Assembly: GCA_963808625.1 (NCBI GenBank)
Contig: CAWEHK010000010.1
Location: 18,664-82,663, forward strand
DNA from: an uncultured delta proteobacterium
GTDB taxonomy: Bacteria > Desulfobacterota > Syntrophobacteria > Syntrophobacterales > Syntrophobacteraceae
DNA: 64,000 nt
Reading direction: 5' to 3'
Shown here: positions 60,629 through 64,000 of the stretch, piece after piece
Position numbering within the stretch: the stretch's first letter is position 1
How the letters are laid out: each line of letters opens with the position of its first letter
Made by a program: the position numbers and the translations under genes
Notes under the pieces: generated by a model
What the model saw: the letters and a program-made list of their open reading frames with translations, nothing else
What the model was told of the DNA's origin: nothing
Databases searched by the model: none

Positions 60629-61248
60629 TGACCGCAGAAACCCAGGCTTTTGATGCCGTACGCATATTTTTTACCGGAGTCGGCGGCCAGGGGACGCTCC
60701 TGGCGACCCGCATGGTGGGGGAGGCGGCGCTGGCCGAAGGCCTTTCCGTAACCATGAGTGAAATCCACGGCATGGCCCAGCGCGGAGGCGTGGTGGAATC
60801 CTCGGTGGTCATCGGCAACGCGTTCAGCCCCACCATTCCCGATGGCGAAGCGGATATCCTGATGGCTTTCGAACCCCTCGAAGCCCTGCGCGCCCTTCCC
60901 AAATGCCATGCGCAAAGCCTGATCATCGCCAGCACCTTTCCCATTGTGCCATTCACCGTGGCCGTCGGCCAGAGCACTTATCCCGAAGTGGCGGCCCTGC
61001 ACGATCAGATCAAAGAGAAGGTCGCGGACGTGATCTGGCTGGATGCCGTGGAACTGGCCCGGAACGCTGGTTCCGAAAGGGCTTCCAACACGGTCTTGGT
61101 GGGGGTGCTGGCCGGCAGCGGCCGCCTGCCGTTATCAAAAAGCAGTTGGGAAGAGGCCCTGAAGCGAACGCTCGCGCCGCGCCTGCTGGAAATCAATCGG
61201 CAGGCATTCGAAGCCGGTTATGCGCTCGGCAAGACGAGAACGGTTTAG
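60625..61248 (+). CDS. iorB: Indolepyruvate:ferredoxin oxidoreductase beta subunit
   Basis: GVGGQG, SEIHGMAQRGGVV, FEPLEALR, NRQAFEAG. Confidence 0.95.
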   Translation: MMTAETQAFDAVRIFFTGVGGQGTLLATRMVGEAALAEGLSVTMSEIHGMAQRGGVVESSVVIGNAFSPTIPDGEADILMAFEPLEALRALPKCHAQSLIIASTFPIVPFTVAVGQSTYPEVAALHDQIKEKVADVIWLDAVELARNAGSERASNTVLVGVLAGSGRLPLSKSSWEEALKRTLAPRLLEINRQAFEAGYALGKTRTV

Positions 61249-61792
61249 ACGCTGCGCAAGAATAAGAGGTACCCTTGCTATAAACCGATTACGGCTAAAG
61301 CCCGAAGCGTCAATGTGAACTAAATCGATGAGCCCCCTGGTATCAGCATGGGGCCGTGGGTTCGTTGCGGGTGATGGCCAACGCCTCGGTAACCTTGTAT
61401 AGTGTGAAGGCCAGTCGATCCTAAGCAGCTTTAGAAGAACTCGACGGGCCATCTTTGGGTCTTTCTCATTCCACTTATCCTGTTCTGGTTGAGGGCCTTG
61501 GCTGCTTTTTCTAAAATAGCGCTCCCGACGTTTCATGGATTTCAGGCACCCTCTGAACATTTACCTTTAGCTGGTACTTTCGCCTGAAGGGCATGCGGAG
61601 AAGTATCGATGGGACGAATGAAACTCAGAATGTTTCGGTATGCAAAAAGGCGCGCTCGGTGGGAATGTCAAAACGAATGGAGAAAGAGCCGGTCATATTC
61701 ATCTCAAGACATTGACCCAACTAGCAAAAAAGAGTTGATTAATTCTCTAAAGTTTCGCACACCCTTCCAGTTGGAAGTCATTAAACGAATTC

Positions 61793-61990
61793 TCAATCTT
61801 TGAAATAGACCTCTATTACCCAGCGTCGAGAGTAATAGTCGAGAATCTCCGCGATCTCCATGCCGGCTTCGGTACACAGGAAAGCGTGCCAGTTCTTCTT
61901 GTTCCACTGTACGAAGACAACGCTTACCTTCCCACTAAGGGGTAGCTCCACCTCAACGATAGCAGCCTTAATCTGCCAGGAACTGATCTG
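61793..61990 (-). pseudogene. Internal fragment of IS4-superfamily DDE transposase
   Basis: Manual translation ...WHAFLCTEAGMEIAEILDYYSRRWVIEVYFKD*, the YxxRWxIExxFK motif. Confidence 0.75.
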
Positions 61991-62089
61991 GGGCGTCTAA
62001 ATCGCCCCTCAGCCGTTGACCGGTTTTTGGCTTCAGGCTGTCATGGCAGGGAGACGTACCTCCCACAATATTTGGTTTTCATGGGCATT

Positions 62090-63694
62090 TCATGAGTAGA
62101 CTTCCCTATTTCGGCAGTTCGGTTGGGGGCCGCCACTGTTTTGGTAAGATACTGGAAACTCAATTATTTTTGCATCTTTTGACCGGTTTTTGGAACCCGG
62201 AATCAGCTCGACATGAAGATGCGCTTGGTCTGTGTTCAACTGCTCGAATCGATCCGGATGAGCCAACACCTCGCGCCTCTGTTTTGTCAAAGAGATGAAC
62301 TGAGCGGTGAGCTCGTGCTGCTCAGCCACAGTGATCTTGAGCACCTGCTCGGCTTCGACCCTGGTCGGAATGCCACAGAAGGCGGGCAGGCGAATCGCGA
62401 TCCGATCCGCATCCTTTACCTGGCCGGCACCGTGTTGCTTTGCCAGTCCGAACAGCGATTCGATAGGACCTGAACTGATCGTCAGACCGACATCGTCGAG
62501 ATCAAGCTCCTTGGCGATCTCGAGCTGGCGATGAAGATAGGTGATGAAACCGCGACGTACAGGGGCCGTGTGGATGCTTTGGATAATCAACTCGCACTGT
62601 GCCAGAGTGGCGTGGCTCAGGCCCTGGGTTTTGAGAATCTTCTGGCATTTCAGCAAGGCCACGGCATCATCTCTAAATTGCTTGATAAAAGATCTGCACA
62701 AGGGGAGTTTGTCAAAACATGCTCGTAGTTTTGACAGCATGGAGCCCTTGGCGGCGCCTCCTGCCGGCGATAGCTTGAGGAGCCGATCCGCCCAGATGAT
62801 CAGGCGGTGTACATTCATAAACCTCGCTTTGGTGTGTACTTTGGGAGGGGACAGGCATGCCAGAATTGTTTGCTTGAGCTTGCCGGATACGGAGCTGCAA
62901 GCCGAGATGAAGGTCTCGAACAACGGATGGTCGTGGTACCAGTGCTTGAGCAGGTTGGCAACCACGTGGGAGATGTCGTCGATGCAGGGGCTTGCAAGCC
63001 CACGCTCATCCAATAACCGTACGGCCTTCTGCAGGTCGCTGCCGCCGTCTTTGAGGTATGCTGCCGGACGGCCCGTGACGGCAATGACGTTCAAGAACGC
63101 TGGCGATGGTGTCGCCCGTCCAGGAATCTGCCACTGACACCATCATGCATTGCACATTCTGAAAGCCGGGGGCGGCTGGTGAGAGTTGATGGTGATGAGC
63201 GTCGAGGGCCAGGACAGCCAGAATTTTTCCCGTGCCCAGAGCAATGCTGATATCGATCATCCAGATCAACCCGTTGCAAAACGGCGCCCTGGGCAGTGGC
63301 AGACCCTTCAACATCGAGGCCGCCTGGATGCGCACCAGAGAGAGTCTGGTCACCCAGTTGATGACCGTTTGGGGGCATGGCACTTTATGGATGCCAAGGG
63401 CTGGGGCCAGTACGTGCAATACCCGGCAGACAGCCCTAAACCCGATGTGAGCCACCAAAAAGAGTTGCAGTGTCAGGAAGACCAGGTCCACTTTGTGTTG
63501 AAAGGCGGGCGCCTGGCTCTGCGCCTCCAACCGGTGCAGGTCAGCCCGGGTCTATTTGAGCTCCTTCTTGAAGCCATCCCGCTCCTTTTTGGTCCGGATC
63601 AATTCCTTGCGCAGATACCGATTTGTCTCACCTCGCTGCCCGGCCTTGGATTTCCATTGATTTCGGCTTTGCCTGAGCTTGGACCGTTGGCTCA
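62090..63694 (-). pseudogene. Putative DDE transposase of an unclassified IS; in-frame stop and frameshift
   Basis: WMIDIS, LKDGGSDL, DDISH, SSGPIESLFG motifs; N-terminal coiled coil SKLRQSRNQWK... broken by TAG at 63552-63554; frameshift near 63090. Confidence 0.7.
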
Positions 63695-64000
63695 GAGCTC
63701 TCTCTTCTGTCAAAGCATACTATTGCCAATGATGCCTTCATGAAGAGCTGGTTTCCGTTAAGTCGTCCAAGCGACAGGACCAATCTTGCCATTCATGGGC
63801 ATCCCCCTGTGTGAGATAGGTGCCCACGATATTGATACCAAGATTGCACAAATGTCCCGTACTTGTTTTCTCAGAAGATGGATGTTCAAAACAAGACACT
63901 CGGAAACACCGGAAGGGCCAGGATCAATGAGGTTTAACGGACAAAACGATAGGCACCATGGTCCAGATCAGAATGTCATGCATCGTGAACGGGGATGAAA

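Overview
About 64 kb of a GC-rich anaerobic bacterial chromosome. Gene content (Ech-type hydrogenase, futalosine pathway, IspH-UbiA, IOR) suggests Desulfobacterota, possibly Syntrophobacteraceae-like; this is inference only. Many genes, including the essential der, carry single-base frameshifts, so most breaks are probably uncorrected sequencing indels. Layout: echB/echA, kup, der, GT2, ispH-ubiA divergent from mqnB and a truncated mqnD, ubiB; a toxin-antitoxin hotspot (14.6-21 kb); a CoA-activase pair, rne/rng, LOG, rlmI, dsbC, an MFS transporter, a degenerate leuA paralogue, HD, GNAT and deacetylase genes; a 13.4-kb integrative element in tRNA-Leu(TAA) (67-bp att repeats, integrase, primase-helicase, iteron origin, TOPRIM and ERCC4 nucleases, no virion genes, integron-cassette-like cargo); a liv-type ABC + paaK + iorAB operon; and IS remnants. 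The most striking signal is absent from the ORF track: a 26-aa leader peptide with YYYGYF, followed by mutually exclusive hairpins and an intrinsic terminator, directly upstream of the ABC-paaK-iorAB operon. It looks like a Tyr/Phe-sensing ribosomal attenuator on an arylacetate-salvage route to aromatic amino acids.
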